Assembly: GCF_036321535.1 (NCBI RefSeq) | Contig: NC_087472.1 | Location: 94,304,001-94,368,000, forward strand | DNA from: Camelus dromedarius | Lineage: Eukaryota | Direction of reading: 5' to 3' | Length of the DNA stretch: 64,000 nt | Shown here: piece by piece, positions 24,356 through 37,249 of the stretch | Layout of the letters: every line of letters begins with the position of its first letter | Position numbering within the stretch: the stretch's first letter is position 1 | The notes under the pieces: model-generated | The model's input: only the letters and a program-made list of their open reading frames with translations | The model's database searches: none | Told to the model about the DNA's origin: nothing | Program-made: the position numbers and the translations under genes

Positions 24356-25199
24356 ACAATAGATAGAGCTTATGATACTACTACATTGACTTGATGAACT
24401 CTTTGTAGATTCTACTTTGCTACCTTTTTTTAAGATAATTTTATTTTGACAAATATAATCTTTGTATAAAATTCATGAAAACAACTTGGAAAAGACTTTT
24501 TTGTGTTAATCTCTTAAGTGAATCATACTGTATTCATTTTACTTCTCTGGCAAGTATTTTCACTGATCCTTTAAATCTGTAAACATACTAACATTAGTGT
24601 TGTGCTTTTTTTTTTTTTAACTGGACAAAACAGTTCCATAGCTAACGATGTTTACAGTTTAAACTACCACAGATTTTCACTCTAAAAGGGCTAATGTTTT
24701 ACCAAATGATAAAGACATGACGTGGGAGGGAAAAGGTAGACGACTCTTTGACTCTCGAAAATATTTTTACATATTTTGGAAGCAAAACTTGAAGTTACTC
24801 ACTGTGCTTCTTGGTGAGTTAGACCCTGATGGCCAAGGGAAATTAAAATACTTTAACTTAAAATGTTCTTTAAGGCACTAAAACGAGCAAACTTGAATTA
24901 TTTCTTATATCTTAAGGAAAAAATAGTGGAAGGAGTCTTCCAATCACAGAATAGTAATCAGCTTAGACTTTAATCATATCAAAAGTTTACTCACATTTAG
25001 GATGTAATTAAGGCACTTGCTTATTTAGTGAAGAAATAAAACAAGGAAAAGAATCCATGCAGCTCAGGGAGACCATGCTTTTGGCATGCATTTCTTTTTA
25101 TATCCAGTGACACGTTACTGGTGAATGTTCCTTACTTAGTTCAACCTGACTTCCTACCAACAAACAACATATAATTGGGATGTTCATGGATTGATACTG

Positions 25200-25700
25200 G
25201 ATGAGTTTAATAAAGGGTTCTACTTCTGCACATCTCTGGAATTAAAACAAAAGGCACCAGACCTGCAATTAACAGCTGGAGATAACATATAATTTTCCAG
25301 AGCCCAACAGCGGTTTTTGTTACACCATTGTGCTTCATGTATTGGCCTATTTGCTGTGGATTCTGCCCTGGGAAAGCTGAGAGTTTGTGCCGAATTGGGA
25401 TGTCATTTTCTGTGACTTCTGAGCGTTAGCGATAAAAGCTTTACTGTCGGGGCGATATAGGCGCCATGTTGCCTTTTTACCATCGGAGATGTTGTCATTT
25501 GCTTCTCACAACAGAAATGCCTGTGGGTTGTACCACAGCCAAGACACAGTTTGTCAAGCATCCTTAATCAGCAAACGCATCAGAATACAGTCACGCTTAG
25601 AGCATCCATTCCATCCCTGTGAATCGCGTGCTATTTACAAAAACACTCTGCCACAGACATCAATGAAATAATTTGATGTGGTTAAAAGAATAATACTACA
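25200..25700. promoter_or_regulatory. Candidate conserved non-coding/enhancer element
   Basis: Repeat-free, about 12 CpGs in ~320 bp against a CpG-poor background, YY1-type GCGCCATGTT at 25461-25470. Confidence 0.4.
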
Positions 25701-26274
25701 TAAATCAAGGAAAGGAGCAGCAAAGCTTTTAGATCTTTCTTGGCAGCCAACCATATGTAGTTAGTAATTAGTTTGAGCATTTTTCTTTAAAAATGAGGAA
25801 GTATCAAGTACTTGAGATGATTTCACTGAAATGCATAGACTCAAATTGAATAGCATAAAAATGGAAATTTAGAGCCAGAAGCCCAAGACAGAATGTCATA
25901 AGACTAAAAATGCTACCTCTACCATGTGAAAATAGCTCATATAAAAATCCACAGGTATGGAAACATACACACATATATAATGTCAAAGCACAATTTTTGA
26001 TACTTACGTTTCTTAAATTTACACAAAAATCAGAAAAAGCATTCATCATTTTAAATTAATTGTTGAGCAATGGATGATAAGAGTTATTTAGTAAAGTAAA
26101 GAAAATGAAAAGAATTTAGAATAAGTTTGTTAACAATAATTTTTTAAAAACCCAGGTTCCAGGCTTAATAGGTTAAAATTTTAGTCCAATTTTTTCTTCC
26201 TGTATATAAAGGCTTATTTTAAAATTTTTTCTTTCGAGGTTTCTGCTGAGTCTGGGTTTCTCGGTTTGCGCTTC

Positions 26275-26575
26275 AATTTATACATACTTCTCTTATTCCA
26301 AATGCTGTTTGTGGTGGCTTGCAACAAGAAAAATGATACATATATTATGTGTTATATTAATTATGTATTATATTAAGAAAGAGAATATATACTAATGAAA
26401 CATGGAAAGGAAATATATAAATACTATGAAAACAGCAGATAGAAAGTTATTCTAGAAAAATACACATTGAAATGTCCTTGCAGTACCTAATTTGAACCGC
26501 AAATTTGGTTCTGAAATTCCTGCAGATTAAAACAAAAAGTGAAATGTAGTAGGTTACAAATTTGCATTGTGTATT
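26275..26575 (-). mobile_element. Ancient L4 (RTE-X)-like LINE fragment
   Basis: 'ccgcaaatttggttctgaaattcctgcag..aaaacaaaaagtgaaa' and 'tattccaaatgctgtttgtggtggcttgc' resemble recalled L4_Mam sequence. Confidence 0.45.
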
Positions 26576-27544
26576 ACCTAAATCTCGTATTACAAATGCA
26601 TAGCAAGGAAGTATAAAAATAATGTGGGAAGAGAAATTCTAAATATAGCAGATAAAATAATATGTAAATGTAATAAACCCATTGTGTCAAACAGACTAAA
26701 TAAAATATAAACTTTTTTTCTTTGCATTTGATGAAAAAATTTAACTTGTTTGTATGCAGTCTGTGATATGATGCACAGGAATAAAAGGGCTGAAGCTGGA
26801 AATACAGGCATGAATATATGACCTTACACACCAAAATGTTTGATTTAATGAGAATGCATACTAAACAATCCTTTTTTACTCTTAAAACAAGCCTTTCTAA
26901 TTCTCTAGGACAGGAGGAGTTGGACGTGGTCTGGGGAGTATATTTTGGATCGATGGTAAAATGTATTCAGTTTCTATAACTGATCAAGTTTTTGACTTTT
27001 TTCCTCTTGAATCACAATGTAATCAGTATTTTATAAAATAGTTTCCATTTTTTTAAGTTTACCATTCTACTGGCATATTACTCATTACATCATCATATAA
27101 ATTTTAAAATATCTGCTCTCTATAATTACTCCTCTTTTATGTTTCTTCTCCACTTTGTCCTTTTTTTTTTATCTTTTGCATTGTTATTCTCTCTTTTTGA
27201 CATAATCAATCTTTCCAGAGGAGTATCTATATTATTATTCTTTTTCAAAATGTGTAAGTTAGCATGCAATAATTTAAAACACTTCCTTAAGGAGTCAGAA
27301 TTTCCATTACAATCTCTACTTCTGCAAGTTCAGAAAAAAACCCAAAAAGAAACTAAACAACAACAAAAAAACCCCAGAACAGTTACCTGGAATAGTGAAA
27401 GAAAAAAAGCATACAGTAAGATACAACAAATGTATCTTACAAAGCCAACGTGAAACTGGTAACCAAATCAAACAAATATTATACAACAAAAGAATGTGAA
27501 AAACAATCTCTAATGAATTTTGCCCCCTTTTCTCAGTTACTTTC

Positions 27545-28860
27545 TTTCATTGATTAAAGTATAATTTACATATAGTAAAATTCACCTTGTGTTTAGGTGC
27601 ACAGTTCCATGAAATCTTTCAATCTCATACAATCATGTAACTGTCATTCCTCAAAAGACTAGGAATAGATTTAGCATATGACCCAGTAATCCCGCTCCTG
27701 GGCATATATCCAGAAGGAACCCTACTTCAAAAAGACACCGACACCCCAATGTTCATAGCAGCACTATTTACAGTAGCCAAGACATGGGAACAGCCTAAAT
27801 GTCCATTAACGGATGACTGGATAAAGAAGAGGTGGTATATTTCTACAATGGAATACTATTCAGCCATAAAAATGACAACATAACGCCATTTGCAGCAACA
27901 TGGTTGCCCCTGGAGAATATCATTCTAAGTGAAGTAAGCCAGAAAGAGAAAGAAAAATACCATATGAGATCGCTCATATGTGGAATCTAAAAAAAAAAAA
28001 AAAGAACATAAATACAAAACAGAAACAGACTCATAGACGTAGAATACAAACTTGTGGTTTCCAAGGGGGCAGGGGGTGGGAAGGGACAGACTGGGATTTC
28101 AAAATTTGTAGATACTGACAGGCATATGCAGAATAGATAAACAAGATTATACTGTATAGCACAGGGCAATATATACAAGATCTTGTGGTAGCTCACAGCG
28201 AAAATAATGTGACAATGAATATATATATGTTCATGTATAACTGAAAAATTGTGTTCTACACTGGAATTTGACACAACATTGTTAAATGGCTGTAACTCAA
28301 TAAAAAACGTAAAAAAGAGAATCATGTAACTGTCACCAGAATCAAGATATAAACACATGCCTATCACCTGAAAAGGTACCTTTATGCCAGTTGGTAGTCA
28401 ATCTCTCCCTTCCACTTCCATCCCTGGAAACTGCTAATCTTATTTCTGTCTCTAGTTTTATCTTTTGCAGAAGGTCATATAAATTGAATTATGCAGTTTG
28501 TAGGATTTGGGGTCTGGCTTCTTTCATTTAGCAAGTTTTTGCATGTATCAGTGAATTGTTTCATTTGTTGCTGGGTAGTCCTTCATCATATGTGTGTATC
28601 ACAATTTGTTTATCCATTCACCCACTGATGATTGTTTGGGTTGTTTGCAATTTTTTTTCCCATTATGAATGAAGCAGATATAAACAGTCACAGTTTTTGT
28701 GTATAAATATATATTTATTTCTCTTGGGTACATCCTGTATGTAGAATGGGTGGGAAATGTGGTAAGGATGTATTTAAAAACATAAAAACTGCCCAATTAT
28801 TTTCCAAGGTTGCTATACCATTTTGCATTTTCACCAAAAATATATGAGAGCTCTAGCTGT
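27545..28860 (-). mobile_element. Old L1 (L1MB/MC-like) 3' end, split by a younger L1
   Basis: 'gtataatttacatatagtaaaattcacc' resumes after the TSD with 'caagatataaacacat..cacc...tttgtttatccattcacccactgatg'. Confidence 0.85.
27647..28319 (+). mobile_element. Young lineage-specific L1, 5'-truncated (ORF2 C-terminus + 3' UTR)
   Basis: Translates FLKRLGIDLAYDPVIPLLGIYP...MFIAALFTVAKTWEQPKCP...WYISTMEYYSAIK. Perfect 16-bp TSD aatcatgtaactgtca at 27631-27646 and 28320-28335. Confidence 0.95.
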
Positions 28861-29197
28861 GTTCACATACTGAAAAATCCAGTATGTCAAGATGTCAGTT
28901 TTCCCCACATTAATCTAAAGATTCAGTGCAATCTTATTCAAAATCCCAAGAGACGTTTTTGAAGAATTTGACAAGATGATTCCACAGTTTATATGAAAAA
29001 GCAAAAATCCTAGACATACTAATTTTTTTTTTAATAAGGAAGAAAGTTGGGAAATTCTTGCAACCTGATTTCAAAAGTTCATGTATACCACAGTAATCAA
29101 GACCATGTTTTATTGGTTGAAAGGATGGACACATAGTGTAATGGAATACAATAAAGTACAGAAATAGACCTACACACATATGGTCAATTGATTTTTC
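28861..29197 (+). mobile_element. L1 ORF2 fragment, opposite orientation to the adjoining L1
   Basis: 'gtcaagatgtcagttttcccc...agattcagtgcaatc...cagtaatcaagacc...catatggtcaattgatttt'. Confidence 0.85.
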
Positions 29198-29690
29198 TGT
29201 TAGTAAGGAAAGACTATTCAAAAAATTTATTGCAAGTAAGAAAGAAGGGACTGTTACAATAGGACAAGCACTTTTGTAATAGCATGTTGTGACCATAAGA
29301 TCTGCAAGGATCTCAAGAGTTAGGCAAATGGTTCTTTGTTTGTTTGTTTTTGTTTTTAGAGAAAGAGAGGAGTAAACAAATCTAGAGAGAATTGGATTTG
29401 GAAAGTGAAATGGAAGCATGGCTTGATCAGATAGTGGATCAGAGAGTGTTTTACCCTGAGACCAACCTGTTTTTCTGGAGGAGACTTCAAGAAGGGCTGT
29501 AGGCTAACTCAGACTGAGGCTGGACCAGAAGTCTGGGTTTGAGAAAAAGCTTTGTTTCTATTGATCAGTGAAGTACCAGTTCAGCTAATTACCAAGACAA
29601 AATAATAGGAATTTAAAGGGTCTGTGTCTGGCCTTGTCATAGATAAACAAGGGGACTGAAGACTGTTCTCAGCCATGTTCCTGCGGAATC
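29198..29690 (-). mobile_element. ERV1 3' LTR (MER67/MER90-like)
   Basis: Starts tgttag, has an antisense AATAAA ('tttattgc'), and is contiguous with internal sequence. Inner boundary approximate. Confidence 0.65.
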
Positions 29691-32570
29691 AGTTGAACCA
29701 TCTGTTGAGGGGTGTTAGCAAAGTCAATTGTTTTAGTGTCAGGCATCATAAATGAGGGATACCTAAAATAAAAAAGAGAAATAACATGTTGTATTAAACG
29801 TTATTACATTAAGCTATCCAAGAGGTTGGTAGATGGGACTCTTTTGGTCATGCAGCACTGCTTATTGAATTTCTTGAAGCTAAGATATCAGTGTTCTTGG
29901 TGATGTTGCCCACTCTCGGTTACCTCTCATATAACCACTTGCATGATCTGAGCATTTTACCAGACTTGTTTAGTGACCCAAACAGTGGTTTTCCCAGGAA
30001 GAAATCCAGCCTAGGTGTAATCAGTTGCAGGGATGAGTCCTTTGGTGTATGTATCAAGTCATCAGGCTTTAATTCTCAGTGCTTCCTCAGCTCCTGGGAG
30101 AAAGGGCCAACTTCAAGGCAACCTAGAGTCTTGATAGGGGTCTGATCAGTCAGGTTTCAGTTCTCAGTGATACCAAGTCAGGAGGGAGAGAGAAAAACTG
30201 GAAACGTTCATTTGGAGAGTCGAAGCCAGATGTTATGTTTGACAATATGTGCAAGACGACAGGTCCAATGTGCAGGTACATAATAAAACCATGCAGTTTA
30301 CAAAAAGGTGCAAAATAGCTCAAAGACAATAAACAGGGCCAGAATATGATAACCCACAATAGTGTGCTATAGTTTACAACTGAAATGTAAATTTCTCTCT
30401 ACAGTCATGCCCTTTTTCATCAAGGATAATCTCAAAGAAAGATTATTCTTGGTCATAAAATAAGTCTGTCTCATTAGATTTGGTCTTATTATTTACATGG
30501 GTACAGCAAGAATGGCAGTTTACTAAATAGGCCCTTTAAATCTCACTTTGCTGGAAGTTTTCATAAGCAATTTTAGTTTAGACTTTTAAAATCCTCTGGA
30601 GGCTAGTAAGCCAAGCCAAGAACTCACTGCAGATTTCACTTACAGTACCTATTAATTTGGGTAAATTCCTCTCTTCTCCAAGGCCTTCAGATAACTTAAG
30701 ATTCCTGGGCCTGCCAGGAAGCAAACTTCCTTACCCACCTGAAAGGCTGAGGATACAGTAAGCCAGGTGCCAGGTGGGCTTTCCCGAGAGGGCTTTGTAA
30801 GCATTGGCTTCAAGAAGTCAACCGTAGCTCTTTAAGAGTGTGTGCTGAAATTTGATTCCATGAGCGTCATTCTAAAATACGGCATTCCAGTCAAAGCCTT
30901 AGTGATATAACCAATGTTTCCAGTGATGTTCTGTTGAGAACAGACTCTTATTAAATCCATGAAAACAATTATTTTGCCATGAAAAGAAGAATATTCAGTA
31001 GGAGTTTCTGAATTCTGGAAGGATCAGACCAGGAGAAAAAAAAAATTTTATCTCTGTGTGTAAATTATGATCTACTAAATTATTATACATTCTAACTAAA
31101 GAAAAAAGAAAAAAGGGTGTTTTTTTTTCCCAGAAAATAGAATATCATCAGTATTCCAAACAAAACTGACAGTCATCCTTTATAATTTCACTCAGGCCTA
31201 TGCAATTAATTCTTGTTTGGTTCCATCTTGAATCAGCAGTCTCATGAATCAGAAGACTCTCAACTTCTCTACTAAAGTTCTGCAAATCCTGACTCAGTCC
31301 AGTGATTTGGCCTCAGTTATTTAAGCAAGGCTATCAGAAGTCTGTGCTCCAGAGTGCTTGGCATAGTCCTCTCCACAGATCTCAGTCTTTTTTGTTGTAG
31401 ACTAGCCTTCTGACCTGATGGCAAACACTTTCTGGGAAGCCTCAGAGAAAATTATCTGTGGATGACAAAAGACTTAAAATAGCCACAGTTAAATATCTGA
31501 TGAGACTTAATTATAAAAATAAATGCAATTGACAAGGAAATTTGGTTGTTTCTCTGTTATACAATATTTTAAAAAATAGCTGAATTTGTAATAAAAATAA
31601 CTTATGATCAATAAAATGATCAATAACACTACTCTTATAGTCTAATATCAGGCAAAGCAGCATCAGGACATATCACAGACAGTGAGGACATTGACAAATC
31701 TCTAAGAACATACAGTTTCTGAAATATTTACATTAGTAATATTTTCCCCATACAGATTTAAACTAGGGAATGTTAAACATCTCTCCTGATTTGATAACAC
31801 TTCCTACGCCACTCTAACATCAAATAAACCTAATTATTTCTAGCCCCTCTCTTTTTATAAGGTGAAACGTCTTTTGTGATTTTCCAGGGGTCCTCTGGAA
31901 AAATCTCAAAAACATTTTGAGATCGAGAAGATATCATTTAGACTTGTTTTTCCGGAGTGCAAAATGTCAAAAGTTGTCACATTTGAACACTTGATTAAAT
32001 GGGATCATGGGTCACTGAGAAGCAGTATTTGACTACCTATTTAACCAAAGTGACTATAAAAGATTTCAAAAGTCAATATAGGTGGTAACATGATTTTATA
32101 AAATCTTAGTTCTTTTAAAAGTGAGAAGACTGTTTTCTTAAATAATCCAGAACATGATAAAGTCAACACAAAGCTCAGGATGTTATTCTGCAAAAAGACA
32201 AAAATCTTTGCCTTTTAGGCAGATTATTTAGAAAGTACAGAAAGTACCTTTTACAATCTCTTATTAAGAGAAGACCCAATGATCCTAGAAAAATTTGTCA
32301 TTTTAACGGAGAGAAAACCAAATTCTGGTTTTTATCAGTACAATATTTTATACTAAATCTCTTTTTAAAAAATCTTATAAATAAATCCATCCAATCTTAT
32401 CTAGCTTTGACCAAGAAAAATAAAATTCCTTTTCCGCAAACCTTGTGCAACTTTCCCCTTCCATTCAGATTTCATTTTACGCTTCCTCTTTCTCATTCTT
32501 GAACAACTAGTGATTTTACTGAAGGACAAAATTATTTTTTGCCATAACAAAAAGATATCCTGCATACCTT
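29691..32570 (-). mobile_element. Decayed non-autonomous ERV1 internal region (MER4/MER34-int-like)
   Basis: Characteristic tracts 'gataccaagtcaggagggagagagaaaaactggaaacgtt..tttggagagtcg.agccagat', 'tttgggtaaattcctctcttctc', 'attccagtcaaagcctt'. No intact ORF. Confidence 0.75.
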
Positions 32571-34534
32571 GAGTACTTAATTTTAGCATAAATTTAAGGT
32601 GTTAAAGTATGCATGATTAGCTAATTCATTTTTAATCAAGAAGAATATATCAAAGAACATATTGCCTTCATTAAAAAAAAATCAGACATTATAATTTCTT
32701 CTAGAAACTATAGTGAAGTGGTCTCAGAAAGGGGGGAAAATGAGAAAATACCTTACGAGGAAATCATTACTAAATTTAAATGAGCCCACAAAATCAAGAC
32801 AAAGCAATTATCAACTGATTTTAAAGTTTACATAATTGTTTTCCAAAACTTAATTCAAATATGATGATCTCTTCTCACAATTTCCTAGATTATTTTTTCT
32901 TTTGGTGCTTAATTCATTGAAAAAAATTAAACATTCTTAAATCAATTGAAATACTTTTTCATCATTTATTAAGAGACATTTAACTGTATGTTATGAAAAC
33001 GTAAATCTATACACACTACAGGAAGTTCTCCCAAATCTATCGGTACTGATGGGATTTTTCAACACGTTGTAATGCCTATTTCTATAATTAGGTTGTATTA
33101 ACTGTGCTACTTCCTTATTTTAAAATATATTTCATTCTTTGTCCTTTTAAAATTAAATACATTTTATTTTTCTAGTTGGTCATTTCTATTAATGAGGATT
33201 TTTGTAACTAAACTTGACTGTGTTTATGATGCTTCTTTTAAGGGCAGGAACAAAAATGTATTTTTTTCTTTCAGATATTGATTTTCATTTGTTCATCCTT
33301 TAGCATACTTTTATCAGTTTACTATACTACTTTCCTTCCTCAAATAATTACAAATTCAGTTGTGACAAAGATTACAGTAAATACAAGGAAGTATCTTGGA
33401 GCACAGAACAAATAAACCTCTCATTCTGGTTGTATTTTATTTAACATAGTTTTTCAAATGTTTCAGGCAAAAACAAGATTATTCCTTTAAGACAAAAAAA
33501 AAAAAAAAAAAACGCTTTGTAGATTTTTAAGAAATGGGTATAACCAGACTCTGGTGCAGTTGTGAATTTGAATTGTTACGGATATTTGTTTCAATACCTA
33601 GTTACTGTATTCCTTGATTTTTCAAGCGAAAAATCTAAGGAATACTATTCTTTCTCAAGCAAGCCAAATATGAAGGATAAAAGAAGACTGGCTAAGAAAA
33701 AGAATGTAGTAGAAATTGTTTTTGCCCTCTCAAACTCAAAGGTTAGAGTGACACTCCGTTCGTTATTGGAATGATGGCAATACTATGTGTGATGTGCTAC
33801 CCAAGTGAAAGCCAGCTTTTAGTTTAAAAAAAAGAGAAAGAAGCTAGTATTCCTTCATAGCTGTACATTAAAAAGAGAAAATTGACATTGAATAAACTAG
33901 ACATTTAAAATATTCTTAATCCCCAACTGTCTAGAAGCAGTTGACTGATAGCCTCAATCAAACCCACAGAATTACAGAGGCATCATTACCAAGAAAAGAG
34001 GTCCTCCCATCTGTTGTTTTTCCCGCTGATCTTTTTTTCCCTGCCAGAATATGAAAGAGACATTATAGACAGGTGATGCAGGGTCAGATCAAAGGATGAC
34101 TTTTCCAATATAGAATTGCTTTTCTCCCCCAAATTAACAAGGTAGATACTAGGAAAAAAAATAATTTGAGACAATGACAGCTTCAGCTGTTTGTAAGATT
34201 CTCTTTCTTCTCTGTTGATTTGCAAAGAATTACAGAGTTATAAGAAAAAGTGACAGACTTTATTTCTTTGGCATTGGATTAATGAAATGGCATTCACATG
34301 TCCTAACTGTCAAATTCAGTTATAAAAATCTCCATTAATCAAAACAATAAACTAAAAACGAATGCATTTAATTTTAAAAGGATAAAGGAGATATATTTAA
34401 TATAATATATAGTTATAAAGGATATATTATATATAGATACCATTTTCAATATCTACATCAATATTATCAATAATACATATTTTATATTATGATATATATA
34501 ATCAGCCATCCAACTTAAAATACTGCTGAGAATA

Positions 34535-35450
34535 TATCCTTCTTAGTATTCTAGATTTTTAATATTCAAGATTTTTTTGTCTTTCATACTGAGGAACACT
34601 CACTACTCCTGGCCCTCTAGAAGATTTGGTGATAATTCTATCTGCTTCTTTCCAGTGGTTCTTTCTTAGGTATTTCTCCTCAAGTCCTGCAGGGCTCAAC
34701 ACCATGTTGCTGAGTCCACACTCCTGCTGCTCACCACACTACAGGCCAATGAACTGAGAGATGAGTTGTTGAGGCAAGGAATAGCAACTTTATTTGGAAA
34801 GCCAGCCGACTGAGAAGTGGTAGACAAGTGTCCCAAAGAACCATTTTGCCCAGGTTTAGATAGTAGTTTCTTTTATAGAACAAAGAGTTGGAGGTGAAGA
34901 GGCAAAGTAAGAAAGACGATAAGGATAAGTTGTTGCAAATATTTCCTGGTTCCTGCCAGACTCTGGAGAGGATGTGTTAATTTATTCTTTCTTACAGCCA
35001 TTCCCAGATGGGCCTGGTCAGGATGTTTCCTGTGAGTTTAAACACATATATTTTAGCTTAACATTCAGGTGCAAGAGCCAGGGTTGCAGGAGGTGGGCCA
35101 TTATGTATACTTTAAGCTATAGGCAACATTCCTTTAGTGATTAACTTACAGCAAAAGCAATAGAATACAAAGGTTAAAGTAAAAGAAACAGATCCAGTAT
35201 GGGATCAGATTTGTTCTTCTCTATTACAGTCAGTTGTACTTCTGTGAGCTGCAGCCTGGGTACTTGCTCTAGGCAGTAAAATAAGGCAATCATAGGGCTC
35301 ACCTAATTTGTTTCCTGTTTTTCAAGGATTGCTGTACTGTGCTATGAATTGCCCAATTTCTGAAAACTTTTGTTTCATTTATTTTGTCTATTTTTTAAGA
35401 TGATTAAGGTGAAATGACTATTTTTACTCTGTCATGGCTAGAAGCAGAAA
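34535..35450 (-). mobile_element. Old L1 5'-end fragment, split by an LTR
   Basis: 'gcaatcatagggctcacct..tttgtttcc...tctgaaaac..ttgtttcat.tattttgtc...catggctagaagcagaa'. Confidence 0.6.
34705..35228 (-). mobile_element. ERV1-class solo LTR (524 bp)
   Basis: tgttgctg...attaca ends, antisense polyA in 'ctttatttggaaagccagc' (similar to the 23116 LTR). TSD degenerate (acca/gtca). Confidence 0.85.
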
Positions 35451-35509
35451 TTTCCCTAATTTTTGCATAACAATTTTTCTGCTTTTAGTTTTTCCGCATA
35501 TCTAGATAT

Positions 35510-36132
35510 TCTTTTTTTTAGCTTTTCTGGTGGTATAATTGATAATTAAAAATTGTTTATATCTAAGGTGTACAACCTGATGTTTTCATATATGTATGCC
35601 TTATGAAATTATCACTACAGTAAAGCTAATTAACATAGCACCTCACATAGTTACCATTTCTTTCTGTGTGTGTATGTGTGTGTGGTGAGAACACTAAAGA
35701 CTTACCTTCTTAGCAAATTTTAAATTTCAAAAATACAGTGCAGTGTTATTTGTTGTTACCTATAGACACCCTGCTGTACATTAGATCTCCACAGTTTATT
35801 CATCCTTATAAGCAAAACTTTGTACCCTTTGATCAGCAGCTCCACATTTCTCCCTCCCTCTGGCCCCTGGCAGCCACCATTCTACTCTATGATTCTACTC
35901 TCTGATTCTGAGTCTGCCTATTTCAGATTCTATATATAGGTGATATCAGTATTTATCTTTCTGTATCTGCCTTATTTCACTTAGCATAGTGTCCTCCAGG
36001 TTCATCTATGTTGTCGAAAATAATGGGATTTTTTGCTTTTTTAAGGCTGAATAATATTCCACTGTGTATGTGTATGTGTGTGTATATCACATTTTATTTA
36101 TTCATTCATCCATTGATGGACATTTAGGTTGT
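35510..36132 (-). mobile_element. L1 3' end (L1MA8/9-like)
   Basis: 'aaggtgtacaac...cacctcacatagttacc...ctgtacattagatctcc...ttatttcacttagcat...tccattgatggacatttaggttg'. Confidence 0.9.
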
Positions 36133-36418
36133 TAAAAACTCTTAAAGAATGTATTGTTTTTTGGACTTTATGTAAATAGTCATATCAGATATTCTGTGAT
36201 GTGCTTCCTTTTCTCAATGTTATGTGTTTGAGATTTACCATGTTAATGCACACATTAACGTGTAGTATTCCATTTTATGAATATGCATAACTGATCTGTC
36301 CATTCTTCTATTAATGGACATAGTTTTTTTTTTTAAGTCAGTTTCATTTGTAACAAATACTTCTATGAAAAAATTTGCTCCTATTTCCTAGTTTGTCTGT
36401 GCAAGATCTTACCTAGAG

Positions 36419-36580
36419 CAGTGGTTCATAAATTTTGATGTGAATACAACTGTCATTAAATGTGTTGGCCATTTCAGACTCTTATTCAGGAAGTTTTGGA
36501 TGGGGCCTGATACTCTGCATTTCTGTCATCTTATAGATGATTTCATCACTGCTGGTCCTTGGACCACTCTGAATAGGAAG
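36419..36580 (+). mobile_element. MER5A-like hAT MITE
   Basis: 'cagtggttc..aaattt...ggatggggcctga.a.tctgcatttct...gctggtcc.tggaccac'. Confidence 0.8.
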
Positions 36581-36583
36581 TAG

Positions 36584-36897
36584 TAGGGTGGGTAAACTAT
36601 GGTTCATGAGTCAAATCCAGCCTGCTGCCTGTGTAAGTACCAGCCATGAGCTAAGAATTGTTTTTATATTTATTAAATTAAAAAAAAGAATATTTCATGA
36701 TACATGAAAGTTATATGAAAGTCACATTTTAGGAAAGTTTTATTGGAATACTGCCATCCTCCATTGTTTACATTTTCTCTATGGCTGGTTTCTTGCTATA
36801 ATAAAAGAGAGTTGAGTGTTTGTGATAGAGACACTGTGGCCTACAAAATTTTAAATATTAATTATCTAGCCTTTTAGGGAAAAAAAACTAATCACTA
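36584..36897 (+). mobile_element. MER58B-like hAT MITE
   Basis: 'aaactatgg...caaatccagcctgctgcctg...gagctaagaat...aaagttttattggaa...gagttgagt.tttgtgatagagac'. Confidence 0.8.
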
Positions 36898-37147
36898 GAG
36901 CATATAGATGGAAATAGCATTGCTGGTTTTGGTATACGCACATGTTCAACTTTCTTATGCCATGCCAAAATGTTCCAGAAGCAGCAAGTATTTGTACCAA
37001 TTTATACTTTTAGCAGCAGTGGATAAAATTGCCTATTGCTTTTCATATTGGCCAACATATTTCTTACTGACTTCTAAAGGGTATAATATTGCATTTCTTG
37101 TGATTTTAATTCTGTTACTCTGATTGTGAAAGAGGTTGAAAGTATAT

Positions 37148-37249
37148 AGCACAATATTATAAATCAACTATACTCCAAAAAATACATGTGTGTGTGTGTA
37201 TATATATATGTATGTGTATGTATGTATACACACACATACACACACACAC
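37148..37249. repeat. Tiny L1 3' tail with compound (TG)(TA)(CA) microsatellite
   Basis: 'cacaatattataaatcaactatactcc' followed by the microsatellite at 37186-37249. Confidence 0.75.

Noticed and set aside
28934..29419. Longest ORF (161 aa, minus strand)
   Set aside because: Spans an LTR/L1 junction and is antisense to L1 ORF2; a chance ORF.
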